In this document: in pieces, positions 37,522 to 47,705 of the stretch | How positions within the stretch are numbered: position 1 is the first letter of the stretch | Layout of the letters: each line of letters opens with the position of its first letter | Translations under genes and position numbers: made by a program | From: a bacterium | GTDB lineage: Bacteria; Desulfobacterota; DSWW01 | DNA length: 64,000 nt | Assembly: GCA_040756235.1 (NCBI GenBank) | Contig: JBFLZG010000103.1 | Location: 8,686 to 72,685, forward strand | Reading direction: 5' to 3' | The notes under the pieces: model-generated | The model's input: the letters and a program-made list of their open reading frames with translations, nothing else | Database searches by the model: none | What the model was told of the DNA's origin: nothing

Positions 37522-38939
37522 AGCAGCGCTCTCGCTTCCCGCTGGTCATGACCGTTCTGACCGCAGTTCTGCTTTCGTTCATGCGGCTGACGCCAGCCCT
37601 GGCGGCGGGTCCTGACGCGGGTGGTCTGACGACCGCCATCGTGCAGGTGGCGAATCAGAACATCCCGGCGGTCGTTCACATCGAAGTGACGGAACGCCAG
37701 GAAATCGTCAATCCCATGTCTCCCTTCCAGAATGATCCGTTCTTCCGGTATTTCTTCGGCGTTCCGAACGCGCCCAAGAAGTTCAGAAGGGAACTGAAAG
37801 GTCTGGGCACAGGCATGATCATGGATGCCCGGGGAGACATTCTGACCAACAACCATGTCGTCGGCGGAGCCACCCGGATCGAGGTGCTGCTCTCGACAGG
37901 AGAAAAGTACCCCGGCAGCGTCGTCGGCACCGACCCCAAGACGGACCTTGCCGTGATCCGGATCAAGGCCAAAGAGGACCTTCCTCACGTCACCTTCGGG
38001 GACTCTGACGATCTGCAGGTTGGAGAGTGGGTGGTAGCCATCGGCCACCCGCGGGGGCTGGACCAGACCGTCACCCAGGGCATCATCAGCGCCAAGCACC
38101 GGCGCGGCATCACCGACCCCAGCACGTATCAGGACTTCCTCCAGACGGATGCGGCCATCAACCCGGGCAACAGCGGTGGTCCCCTGCTCAATTTGAAAGG
38201 GGAGGTGGTGGGGGTCAATGCGGCCATTGCGTCCGAATCCGGCGGTTTCGAGGGGATCGGGTTTGCCATTCCCAGCAACATGGCCGTCCATGTGGCAAAG
38301 TCCCTGATCGAGCACGGCAAGGTGGTGCGCGGCTGGCTGGGAGTGGCGGTCCAGGACCTGAGCCCGGAGCTGGCTGGAAGCTTTGGAGTAAAAGAGACCA
38401 GGGGCGCACTGATCGCCGACGTGACCCGAGGCGGCCCGGCAGATGCGGCCGGTCTGAAGCGCGGCGACATCGTATTGGCATTTGACGGCAAGCAGATTCC
38501 GGACGCGGCAACCATCCAGAATGAGGCAGCGAACACGGCCATCGGCAGAGAGGTCAAGGTCACGCTCCTCAGGCGGGAGAATAAACTGGACGTTCTGGTG
38601 AAAATGGGCAGCCAGGAAGAGGCCGGAAAGATCATGGCCGCCTCGCTGCGGAGCCGTCTGGGCGCCGACGTGCGGCCGATCCGGCCGGCCGAGGCGGAAA
38701 AGTACGGACTCGGCGAGCAGGGAGCCGTCGCCATCGCCGGGCTGGATCCCAAGGGGCCGCTGACGCAGTCGGGACTCGAAGTGGGCGACCTGATTCTGGC
38801 CGTCAACGATCAGCCGATCGAAAGCCTGGAGGATTTCGCGAACACGATGAGCACAATCCAGCCCGGTCAGCGTATCGCCCTGCTTGCCCTCGACCACCGG
38901 ACGGGCGATCAGGGGTACGTTCAGGTCGAGGTCCGATAA
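37515..38939 (+). CDS. degP: HtrA/DegP(Q) serine protease with two PDZ domains
   Basis: LTNNHVV, DLAVI, TDAAINPGNSGG. Confidence 0.93.
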   Translation: MLKQRSRFPLVMTVLTAVLLSFMRLTPALAAGPDAGGLTTAIVQVANQNIPAVVHIEVTERQEIVNPMSPFQNDPFFRYFFGVPNAPKKFRRELKGLGTGMIMDARGDILTNNHVVGGATRIEVLLSTGEKYPGSVVGTDPKTDLAVIRIKAKEDLPHVTFGDSDDLQVGEWVVAIGHPRGLDQTVTQGIISAKHRRGITDPSTYQDFLQTDAAINPGNSGGPLLNLKGEVVGVNAAIASESGGFEGIGFAIPSNMAVHVAKSLIEHGKVVRGWLGVAVQDLSPELAGSFGVKETRGALIADVTRGGPADAAGLKRGDIVLAFDGKQIPDAATIQNEAANTAIGREVKVTLLRRENKLDVLVKMGSQEEAGKIMAASLRSRLGADVRPIRPAEAEKYGLGEQGAVAIAGLDPKGPLTQSGLEVGDLILAVNDQPIESLEDFANTMSTIQPGQRIALLALDHRTGDQGYVQVEVR

Positions 38940-39032
38940 GAAGCCGGAGTACGGATCAGTTGCTGGGTCGCCAAGGTCTGGGGGCGGGCTGTACTGCGGA
39001 GAGGAGCAGGAGTGGTCCGACCCGGGTCCGGT

Positions 39033-41600
39033 TCATCGGCTCATGGCTCCTCTCATGCCCCCCGAGATCAGGGAGGCGATGTTGGTCAAGATCCGAGGAA
39101 GCAGGAGGCCGCCCGGAACGGCCAGATATCTCGGCTCCCAGCGGGGGTCGAACTTCTCCTTGTAACGCCTGAGACCCTGGAAGTTGTAGAAGTGATTGCC
39201 ATGACTGTAGAGGAAGGCGCCCAGGCGGTTCCAGAGCGGAGCCAGGGCGGAACGGCTGCCGGCGTCGAGTCCGGAAAGAGGCGCCATGCCGAGGTTGAAC
39301 CAGGAGTATCCCTGCTCCTTGCCCCACAGTATGAGCTGAATGAAGAGGTATTCCATGATGTCCGGGGGCGATGCCGGCAGATAGCGCATGAGATCGGGGG
39401 AAAGCTCCTGCTTGCGCGCTCCGCACCAGAGGTTTGCAAACGCCTGGATCTTTCCTGCGAGGCGGACGATGGCCGCGGGATACTGCTTCAGGTATTCCAC
39501 CCCGAAAAACCCCAGAGAGAACCGCTTCTCCTGAGTGTTCTTGCTCGCAAGCCAGGCGTCGGACACTTGCCTGAGCTCCGGCAGGAGGCAGGGGACGTTC
39601 TCGGACGGAACGACCTCGAAGGTGCATCCCAGCTTTTCGAACCGGTTGCGGACATGCCGCATGGGCTTCCGGGCGCTTCCCTCCAGGGTAAAAGACTCCA
39701 GGGGAACGCGGCCCTGCTCGCCTATTTTCACCAGAGTGAGTCCGAGATCGAGATACAGGAACAGCCTCTCGACCCCTACCTCGTAGAAGACGGGCCAGCC
39801 GCCGTGAAGATCACAGCGCTCCCGAAAACGCCAGAGGAGCTCAGCGCTTTCCTGCTCGTCCCCGACCGGATCTCCCATGGCGACCCAGCTCCGGCCTTCG
39901 ACACCGTACATGATGAAGGCGTTCCGGTTTTCGCTCATCAGAAACAGCTTGTCCCCGAGGAGGGCCAGGTTGGCAGAGGTGTCCGGCGCGGCTGCCACGA
40001 TCGCGCGGATCTGACCGGTCTCTGCCGGCGTCGGCGCCCCGGCTTTGGGTCGGGCGGGCCGCAAGAGCCGGGCGACAGCAAAAAACAGGAGCAAGGCGGC
40101 TGCTCCTACCATGGCACGGAGGAAGCGGGGAGCATCGCTCGCAAAGGCGAATCTCCACCAGAGATCGTTCGAATACTCGACGTGCTTGTGGGAGAACAAG
40201 CCCAGCGAGACCGATCCCACCAGGACCATGAAGATCGCGAGCCCCCAAGCCAGGCTGAACGGCTCCCTCAGGAGCGAGGCCTTCCGGTAGAAGGCCCCGC
40301 GGCAGGGGAGCAGGGCCGCGAGCATGACCCCCAGAAGGATCGCCTCTTCATAGTCCAGGCCCTTGAGCAGGGATGCGAGCATCCCTGCGGCCAGCAGTAT
40401 GGAGGCCAGAAGGTAAGCTGCATCCAGCCTCAACTGGAGCCCCCGGGAGAGGAGAAGGAGTGCGGCCCCGAATACGCTGCCCAGCAAATGAGAGATCTCT
40501 ACGACCGGAAGGGGCAAGAGGTCGCGCAGCCACGCCAGGCGCCCGGGGAGCGCCGGAGTGGCTCCCGAGAACAGCAGGACGGTGCCGGCGGCGAAGGTCG
40601 TGAGCGTCAATACCCTGGGCGCCAATGCCGGCACCCATTGGCCGAAGGCTCGGCCGATCCATCGGTAGCGCTCTCTCCTCTGGACGAATTCGTAGATGGC
40701 CAGAAGCAGCGCGGCCATGCACAGAGGGAGCAGGTAGTAAATGCCCCGGAAGGCGAGCAGGGCGCCCAGCACCGCGGAAGCCGGCAGGCCGCCCGAGGGA
40801 AGCAGCAGGACGAGCACGGTTTCAAAGACGCCCAGGCCGCCGGGGATCTGGCTGACGAGTCCTGCCACCTGGCCCAGCAGGAAAGCGCTGAGAAACGCAG
40901 GATAGGAGAGGCCTGCGCCAGCGGACAGGAGCGCATAGAGCACGCCTCCTGCGAGGGCCCAGTCCAGGCACGAGACCAGGATCTGCGCGGCGGAAAGCCG
41001 CAGGGGAGGGACCGGGAACTCCCATCCCCTTATGTGAAGCGGCCTGTGCCTAAAAGCGCTCAAAAGGAGATAGCCGGTCAGAAGAAGGAGCAGCAGCACG
41101 CCCAGGGGCCGGGTCGAAGCAAGGGAGAAAGGAAACCAATCCGGCAGGCGCATGGGCTCGACCAGGAAGGCCAGGCCGCCGATGCCGGCCAGACCCAGCC
41201 AGAGCGTCAGGCTGTAAAAGGCTACGACCTGGGCGATCTGCTGGGTCGTCAGGCCCCAGGCCGAATAGAGGCGGAACCTGACCGTGCTGCCGGCTATCAT
41301 GGCCATGCCCATGTTGTTGCTGAAGGCGTAGCCCACGAAGGAGGCCAGGGCGATTCGGGGGTAGCTCAGGGGGTGGCGGATGTAGCGGAGTGCGAGGGTA
41401 TCGTAAACGGTCAGAACAAGGTAGTTCAGCAAGGTCAGGCCGAGGGCCAGCAGCATGTTTGGGCCGGGAAGGGCCCTGAGGCTCCGGACGATATCCCGGT
41501 AGTGATACTGCTCGAGCTCTCGGCGCAGGACGACGAGAGCGGCCAGCAGCAGGCAGATGCCCAGCAGCGGCCTGAAGTTGTTCAGGACCCACTTGTTCAC
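39033..41600 (-). CDS. mprF: Bifunctional lysyl-phosphatidylglycerol flippase/synthetase
   Basis: Multi-TM N-terminus with IPGGLGVFE; GDPVG, DLMRY, FNLGMAPL, FYNFQGLRRYKEKF. Confidence 0.95.
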   Translation of the reverse strand: MNKWVLNNFRPLLGICLLLAALVVLRRELEQYHYRDIVRSLRALPGPNMLLALGLTLLNYLVLTVYDTLALRYIRHPLSYPRIALASFVGYAFSNNMGMAMIAGSTVRFRLYSAWGLTTQQIAQVVAFYSLTLWLGLAGIGGLAFLVEPMRLPDWFPFSLASTRPLGVLLLLLLTGYLLLSAFRHRPLHIRGWEFPVPPLRLSAAQILVSCLDWALAGGVLYALLSAGAGLSYPAFLSAFLLGQVAGLVSQIPGGLGVFETVLVLLLPSGGLPASAVLGALLAFRGIYYLLPLCMAALLLAIYEFVQRRERYRWIGRAFGQWVPALAPRVLTLTTFAAGTVLLFSGATPALPGRLAWLRDLLPLPVVEISHLLGSVFGAALLLLSRGLQLRLDAAYLLASILLAAGMLASLLKGLDYEEAILLGVMLAALLPCRGAFYRKASLLREPFSLAWGLAIFMVLVGSVSLGLFSHKHVEYSNDLWWRFAFASDAPRFLRAMVGAAALLLFFAVARLLRPARPKAGAPTPAETGQIRAIVAAAPDTSANLALLGDKLFLMSENRNAFIMYGVEGRSWVAMGDPVGDEQESAELLWRFRERCDLHGGWPVFYEVGVERLFLYLDLGLTLVKIGEQGRVPLESFTLEGSARKPMRHVRNRFEKLGCTFEVVPSENVPCLLPELRQVSDAWLASKNTQEKRFSLGFFGVEYLKQYPAAIVRLAGKIQAFANLWCGARKQELSPDLMRYLPASPPDIMEYLFIQLILWGKEQGYSWFNLGMAPLSGLDAGSRSALAPLWNRLGAFLYSHGNHFYNFQGLRRYKEKFDPRWEPRYLAVPGGLLLPRILTNIASLISGGMRGAMSR

Positions 41601-41624
41601 GCGGCTGCTCCGCAGGTTCTATAT

Positions 41625-41870
41625 AGAGCCTGTCCCAAAATGCCCATCTGCTGCGTTGCGCTCATGGCGGCATGGAGGCAGGGGAGCCTGCCCCGGCGCA
41701 GGCCGGGGTCCCACTGGCACTTTTCTGTACGCCTCTTTCCTCGGGATTTGACTCGCGCCGTCCATGGCGCTCGCCCTGCGGGCGCATCATCCTCGCGGAT
41801 GATGCGCCCAATTCCGCTGTCCTGCGGAATTGTCGCGCGCCTTGCATCTGGGCATTCTTGAACAGGCTCT
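41625..41870. mobile_element. MITE family A composite copy between divergent mprF and mgtA
   Basis: TIRs AGAGCCTGTCCCAAAATGCCCATCTGC / GCATCTGGGCATTCTTGAACAGGCTCT; nested CCCCGGCGCAGGCCGGGG hairpin. Confidence 0.75.
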
Positions 41871-42009
41871 CGAAGTAGAGCTTGTGGGAGAGGTTCTACA
41901 TGTCACAATGGTCGCACAAATTCGGCGTTCAGGTCCACGGTGCTTCTTGTCACAGAGATCTTGTCGCACCTCACGGTGCAGCGACCACACGAAGAAGCGG
42001 CATCAAACG

Positions 42010-44532
42010 ATGATGCTTGGATCCCAAACGTTTTGGAGCCTGGACAGCGCGGCCCTTCTGAACGCGCTGGAAACTTCGCCGCAAGGACTTCCCCGTGAAG
42101 CTGCGGAGGAGCGCCGGCTCCAGTACGGCCCCAACCTGCTCAAGCCCGCGAAGCGCTCAGACACGCTAAGCCTCCTCTTGGCCCAGTTCAAGAGCCCCAT
42201 CATTCTCCTGCTCCTTTTTGCGGCAGGTCTCTCCTTCTTTCTCCATGACCGGGGCGATGCGCTCATCATCTCGGGGATCGTCCTGGCGAGCGCCCTGCTG
42301 GGCTTCTGGCAAGAGAAGGGCGCCGCCCGCGCGGTTGGAGGGCTGCTCGCGACCGTGCAGACGAAGTCCGTCGTGCTGCGGGACGGGGCGGAGCAGGAGA
42401 TTCCGCTGGAGGAAGTCGTCCCCGGTGATATCGTGGTCCTGTCCGCCGGAGCCGTGGCCCCTGGGGACGGAAGGCTGCTGGAAGCCAGGGATCTGTTCGT
42501 GAACGAGGCGAGCCTCACCGGTGAGACGTTCCCGGTGGAGAAGGCGGTCGCTGTGCTTGCACCGGACACTCCTCTTGTACACAGGACCAATTGCCTTTTC
42601 ATGGGCACCCACGTGGTCAGTGGCAGCGGCAAGGCGGTCGTGGTTCAGACAGGTCGGAGGACCGAATTCGGCCAGGTCGCGGGCAGACTGGAGCTGCGTC
42701 CGCCCGAGACCGAATTCGAGCACGGTATCCGCGCGTTCGGCAATTTCCTGCTGGAAGTCACGCTGGTGCTCGTCATTCTGATCTTCGGGATGAACGTGTA
42801 CTTTCACCGCTCGGTCCTCGATTCCTTCCTGTTCGCCTTGGCCCTTGCCGTCGGCCTGACACCCCAGCTCCTGCCTGCCATTATCGGCATCAATCTGGCA
42901 CATGGGGCCGCGCGCATGGCCGGGCAGAAGGTGATCGTCAAGCGGCTTGCCTCGATCGAGAACTTCGGCAGCATGAACGTCCTCTGCTCGGACAAAACCG
43001 GCACGCTGACAGAAGGCCAGGTGGTACTGCAGGGTGCCGTCGACCTGGAGGGCCGCCCGAGTGAGAAGGTCCTCCTCTACGGGTACCTGAACGCCATCTT
43101 CGAGACCGGCTTCGTCAATCCCCTGGACGAGGCGATGCGGGGCGCGGAGCCCGTGGAACTGGGAAAAGTGAGAAAGCTCGACGAGGTTCCCTATGATTTT
43201 GTCCGCAAGCGGCTGAGTATCCTGGTAGAGAAGGACGGCAGAGCGCTCATGATCACCAAAGGCGCGGTCCAGTCCGTGCTGGCAGTGTCCGACTTTGCCG
43301 CCGGGGAAGCAGGGCATGTGGTGGCACTCGAAAAGGTGCGCGGCCGACTGCAAAATCTCTACGAGAGGGTCAGCCGAGAGGGCCGGCGCACCCTTGGTAT
43401 CGCGTGTCGTGAGCTGGAGGGCGCCACCCGCATCACCCGCGAGCAGGAGGCCGGGATGACCTTTCTCGGCTTGCTCGTCTTCTCCGATCGGCCCAAGGCA
43501 GGGGTGGAGGATACGCTCCGCCGGTTGCGGGACCTGGGGATTTCGCTCAAGATCATCACGGGAGACAACCGGCTGGTTGCCGAAGGGGTCAGCCGGGAAG
43601 TGGGAATACTCAATCCGGGCATCCTGACCGGCCCGGAGCTGCGCCGCATGAGCGACGAAGCCCTGATCCTGGCCGCCGGCTCCGTGGACGTGTTTGCCGA
43701 GGTGGAGCCGAATCAGAAGGAACGGATTATCCTGGCCCTGAAAAAGGCCGGGAACGTGGTCGGCTTCATGGGTGACGGGATCAACGATGCCTCGGCGCTC
43801 CATGCAGCCGACGTCGGCATCTCTGTGCAGGGCGCGGTCGACGTGGCCAAGGAGGCCGCAGACGTTGTTCTGCTGGAGAAGGGGCTCGATGTCCTGGACC
43901 TGGGGGTCCGGGAAGGCCGCAAGACATTTGCCAACACGCTCAAATACGTGTTCATGGCCACCAGCGCCAACTTTGGAAACATGTTCAGCATGGCAGGAGC
44001 CTCACTTTTTCTGCCTTTTCTGCCCTTGCTGCCCAAACAGATCCTGTTGACCAACCTGCTCACCGATTTTCCGGAAATGACGATCGCGGGCGACAGCGTG
44101 GATCCGGCGATGGTGGAGAGGCCGCGCCGGTGGAAGATCGAACACATCCGTCGGTTCATGCTGTTCTTCGGCACGCTCAGCTCGGTGTTTGACTACCTGA
44201 CCTTTGGCATCCTGCTCCTGGTCTTGAAAGCGACCCCTGGCCAGTTCCGGACCGGGTGGTTTCTGGAGTCGGTCGTCTCCGCCTGCCTCGTCGTCCTGGT
44301 CATCCGGACGCGTCAGCCCATCGTGAAGTGCAGACCGTCTGTGCTTCTTCTTCTGACAACCTGCATGACTCTCGCAGTAGCGACGCTTCTTCCCTATTCC
44401 AGATTCGCCGCCCTGTTCGACTTCGAGCCCCTGGAGCCCCGGTACCTGGTCCTGCTGGGAGGGGTCGTGGTGATCTACATCCTCTGTGCTGAACTGCTGA
44501 AGAAGATCTTCTATCGGCGTGCCGGTGATTGA
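42010..44532 (+). CDS. mgtA: Magnesium-translocating P-type ATPase
   Basis: LTGE, AVGLTPQLLP, DKTGTLT, MGDGIND, ATSANFGNMFS (P3B type). Confidence 0.93.
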   Translation: MMLGSQTFWSLDSAALLNALETSPQGLPREAAEERRLQYGPNLLKPAKRSDTLSLLLAQFKSPIILLLLFAAGLSFFLHDRGDALIISGIVLASALLGFWQEKGAARAVGGLLATVQTKSVVLRDGAEQEIPLEEVVPGDIVVLSAGAVAPGDGRLLEARDLFVNEASLTGETFPVEKAVAVLAPDTPLVHRTNCLFMGTHVVSGSGKAVVVQTGRRTEFGQVAGRLELRPPETEFEHGIRAFGNFLLEVTLVLVILIFGMNVYFHRSVLDSFLFALALAVGLTPQLLPAIIGINLAHGAARMAGQKVIVKRLASIENFGSMNVLCSDKTGTLTEGQVVLQGAVDLEGRPSEKVLLYGYLNAIFETGFVNPLDEAMRGAEPVELGKVRKLDEVPYDFVRKRLSILVEKDGRALMITKGAVQSVLAVSDFAAGEAGHVVALEKVRGRLQNLYERVSREGRRTLGIACRELEGATRITREQEAGMTFLGLLVFSDRPKAGVEDTLRRLRDLGISLKIITGDNRLVAEGVSREVGILNPGILTGPELRRMSDEALILAAGSVDVFAEVEPNQKERIILALKKAGNVVGFMGDGINDASALHAADVGISVQGAVDVAKEAADVVLLEKGLDVLDLGVREGRKTFANTLKYVFMATSANFGNMFSMAGASLFLPFLPLLPKQILLTNLLTDFPEMTIAGDSVDPAMVERPRRWKIEHIRRFMLFFGTLSSVFDYLTFGILLLVLKATPGQFRTGWFLESVVSACLVVLVIRTRQPIVKCRPSVLLLLTTCMTLAVATLLPYSRFAALFDFEPLEPRYLVLLGGVVVIYILCAELLKKIFYRRAGD

Positions 44533-44581
44533 CCGGCGCGGCTCCGCGGTTGTTCGAAAATTGATTTCGAAAGGCAGTCTG

Positions 44582-45133
44582 GTGACTCTGGAATCAATCG
44601 TGGAGAATTATGGATACCTGGCGGTGCTGATCGGCACGTTCTTCGAAGGTGAGACCGTCCTGGTGATGGCGGGCTTTTTGGCCCACCGCGGCTACCTCGA
44701 CCTGCCCTGGGTCATGGCAGCCGCGTTCACCGGCACACTCTTGGGAGATCAGCTGTTCTTCTTTCTCGGCCGCAGGCACAGCCGAATCGTCCTGGCCTGG
44801 CGTCCGGGCTGGAAGTCGCGGATCGGAAGAGTCCAACGGCTCCTGGAGCGCTACCGGACCCTGGCGGTCTTGGGATTCAGGTTCATCTACGGCCTGCGTA
44901 CGATCCTACCCTTCGCTATCGGCATGAGCCGGGTGTCTGCCCGCCTGTTCGTGGCGCTCAATGTAGTCGGGGCTCTGGCTTGGGCGATCGTCATCGGGCT
45001 GGCAGGCTATTGGTTCGGGCAAGCCGTGGAAGCCGTCCTCGTTCATGTTGATCATTACGAGCACGAGGTGCTGGCTCTGATCGCGGCTGCGGGGTCGATC
45101 GTCTGGCTCCTTCACCACCATCGACGCAAATGA
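44582..45133 (+). CDS. DedA-family membrane protein
   Basis: YGYLAVLIGTFFEGETV, GDQLFF, RFIYGLR. Confidence 0.9.
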   Translation: MTLESIVENYGYLAVLIGTFFEGETVLVMAGFLAHRGYLDLPWVMAAAFTGTLLGDQLFFFLGRRHSRIVLAWRPGWKSRIGRVQRLLERYRTLAVLGFRFIYGLRTILPFAIGMSRVSARLFVALNVVGALAWAIVIGLAGYWFGQAVEAVLVHVDHYEHEVLALIAAAGSIVWLLHHHRRK

Positions 45134-45249
45134 GAGCGTCCGGCTTGGGGCAGGGGCGTCCCGGGAACGGCACACGCTCTCAGGTCCGTCCGACTCCGGT
45201 CAGGCGGCCCGCCCCCTCGCGCTTGGCCTGTCGGGCCGGCCCCCTGGAC

Positions 45250-46614
45250 CTATTCGTACAGCTTCTCGATCTTCTTTCCTTTGTAGGTCGAGCGTTCCAG
45301 CTCCCCGGGCTCCTGCCAGAGGATCCGGGGCCGGATCTTCATGCGGGTGTGGAAGGCCTCGAGCAGCTCGGTCTCGAGCTCGCCGAGTCGGTCGGGCGGG
45401 AAATCCGGGCCGCGCTCGATCTTGATCTTGAGAGGCGGCACGACCAGGGGCGGCCTTTCCGTCAGGACGATCCGAAATTCGCCGGTGACCCTGGGTGTGA
45501 ATTCCTGGAGGAGCCCGGTGACGGCCGCAGGGTAGACGATCACCCCCTTCACCTTGAGCATGTCGTCGGTCCGCCCCACGATCCGATAACGGAAACCCGA
45601 CCTGCCGCAGGGGCATCGAGACATCGTGACCTCGTGGATGTCGCCGAGGCTGTTGCGCATCCAGGACCACCCGTCCCCCTCGATGTTCGTGAAGACCGCC
45701 TCGCCCCGTGCACCGTCCTCCAGGCGGACCGGCTCCCGGGTGTCCGGGTCCACGAGCTCGTAAATGCACAGATCGTCGCCCAACCAGTGCATGCCCTGGT
45801 ATTCGGGGTAATCGCAGGAGGCGCCATAGCCGGCCCCGGCGTCGATCAGACTGGCGCCGAAGCCCTCTTCGAGCCGCCTCCTCAGCTCCGGGACGCCTGC
45901 GCCCGGCTCACCGCCGCAGACGAGCAGCCGGATCCCCAGCGAGCGGGCGTCGCGCCCGAGCTTCTCGGGCGCTTTCTCGATCAGGTAGGAGGCGAGCGAC
46001 GGAGTGCCGAAGAACACGGTGGGCTTGAAGAACCGGGACATGTGGAAGATCCGGTCCGTGCCCGCTTCCGCGCCCACGGGGATCACCATCGAACCCAGCC
46101 TCTGCAGGCCCATGAGGGTGCCGGTGCCCGCGATGACCATGGAAAGGGCGAAACTGAACAGAATCCTGTCTTCTTTTCGCACCCCGGCCCGCCAAAGACC
46201 TCGGCACATCGACTCGCCCCAGACCTCGTACAGGTCCTTGACGGTCAAAGGGTAGGGGGTCGGCTCGCCGGTCGTTCCGGTGGTGCTGTTCACCAGGACC
46301 AGATCGTCGACAGGGACGGGCATTTCCTCTTCCATGAGCCGGATCAGGTCGCCTTCGCAAGCCGCGGCGTGCTCGCGATAGGCCTTCTTGTCATAGACCG
46401 GGACCAGCCGGGAAAAATCGTCCAGGCTCCGGATCTTGCGGTCCAGGGTTTCCGCGTCGATGCCGGCACGGGCGAGCCTCTGTCGGTGGTAAGGGGCGTG
46501 GGCGATGAGCCGTTGCATCATGACCTTCAACTTGGCGAGCTGGAGCTTCTTCATTTCCGGGGTGTTCAGGAAAGGCTCCACGTTCATGTTCCAGTAGGGT
46601 CTGTCGGGGGGCAT
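45250..46614 (-). CDS. Phenylacetate-CoA ligase family protein
   Basis: TTGTTGEP, GEPG, GRTDDMLKVKGVIVYP; AGGAGG RBS. Confidence 0.88.
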   Translation of the reverse strand: MPPDRPYWNMNVEPFLNTPEMKKLQLAKLKVMMQRLIAHAPYHRQRLARAGIDAETLDRKIRSLDDFSRLVPVYDKKAYREHAAACEGDLIRLMEEEMPVPVDDLVLVNSTTGTTGEPTPYPLTVKDLYEVWGESMCRGLWRAGVRKEDRILFSFALSMVIAGTGTLMGLQRLGSMVIPVGAEAGTDRIFHMSRFFKPTVFFGTPSLASYLIEKAPEKLGRDARSLGIRLLVCGGEPGAGVPELRRRLEEGFGASLIDAGAGYGASCDYPEYQGMHWLGDDLCIYELVDPDTREPVRLEDGARGEAVFTNIEGDGWSWMRNSLGDIHEVTMSRCPCGRSGFRYRIVGRTDDMLKVKGVIVYPAAVTGLLQEFTPRVTGEFRIVLTERPPLVVPPLKIKIERGPDFPPDRLGELETELLEAFHTRMKIRPRILWQEPGELERSTYKGKKIEKLYE

Positions 46615-46858
46615 GGGCAACCTCCTGTCCTGCGATCTGTCCGGAGACGGCAAGCTGCAGCATACTGTGAGTCTTATAGCACAAGGCGTATGCCTGGTGA
46701 ATGCTCCTCTCGAGACGCTCGTCTGCGCGAGGGCTCATGCCGAAAAGGCTTGCTTTCGGCGCGGATCTGGTACAGAAGAAGAGGGGAAGACGGTCGACCG
46801 GGCGGAAGCGGATCCGCCCCATGCTCCTTCTCCCTCACCTTCCCGGGACGGCCGGCGT

Positions 46859-47671
46859 ATGGTCGTGGTCGGCAGACATCAGATCGTCGCCATCGGTGAC
46901 TCGCTGACTGCGGGCTGGCAGCAGGGGTTCGCAGAATACGCCCCGTTCGAAAGCCGCGAGTCGCGGCGGCTCCTCGCCACTTCGTATCCCTACCGGCTCG
47001 GACAAATGCTCTCCCGCCAGGAGGACGGCGATCTCATCCTCAACCTCGGCAGGAGCGGGAGCAGCACCCGCGACTGGACACCCGGGGCGGTCTGGAGGAA
47101 GAGAGGCGACCGGAGCTTTCCTCTCAACGGCAGGCCCCTGGACGAGATCCTCGCTTTCACGACCCCGCCCAAGATATGCCTCGTCCTCCTCGGATCGAAC
47201 GATATCCTTCAATCCTCCCTCCCGGGTGTCCTCTCGCGGGCCATGGGGGGAGTGTCCGGGTACGAGAAGAAAGGGTTTCTCCAGAGCAAGGAGAATCTCC
47301 TCTCCTTCCTTCGAGCCGTCGGTCAAAAAGGAACCCTCACGCTCCTGGCAAAGATCCCTCCGATTCACTACCGGGGCGGTCTGGCCCCGTTCGGGATCGA
47401 TCGGGTCTTTTTCGACAACCCCAAGGCTGAGCGGGAATTCGCCGCCCGTACCGAAATGGTCAACGCGAAGATCGAAGAGATCTGGAAGGCGCCGCCGGCA
47501 GGCCTGAGGCCGGGTCCGGATCTTTTTGCCGTGCTGGAAGGGGCGACGCACGTCTGGTCGCAGGATCGCCTGCACCCGAGCTCCAAGGGCTACAGGCGGA
47601 TCGCCGAGGCCTGGGCATCGGTGCTGGAGGCGGAGGAGGTCGTCATTCGGCTGGAAGCTCGAAGTGCGTAA
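46859..47671 (+). CDS. SGNH/GDSL hydrolase
   Basis: AIGDSLTAG, LGSND, DRLHP; start uncertain. Confidence 0.85.
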   Translation: MVVVGRHQIVAIGDSLTAGWQQGFAEYAPFESRESRRLLATSYPYRLGQMLSRQEDGDLILNLGRSGSSTRDWTPGAVWRKRGDRSFPLNGRPLDEILAFTTPPKICLVLLGSNDILQSSLPGVLSRAMGGVSGYEKKGFLQSKENLLSFLRAVGQKGTLTLLAKIPPIHYRGGLAPFGIDRVFFDNPKAEREFAARTEMVNAKIEEIWKAPPAGLRPGPDLFAVLEGATHVWSQDRLHPSSKGYRRIAEAWASVLEAEEVVIRLEARSA

Positions 47672-47705
47672 GCGACCGTTCGCTTGCGCAAAGGAGGATT
47701 GGACC

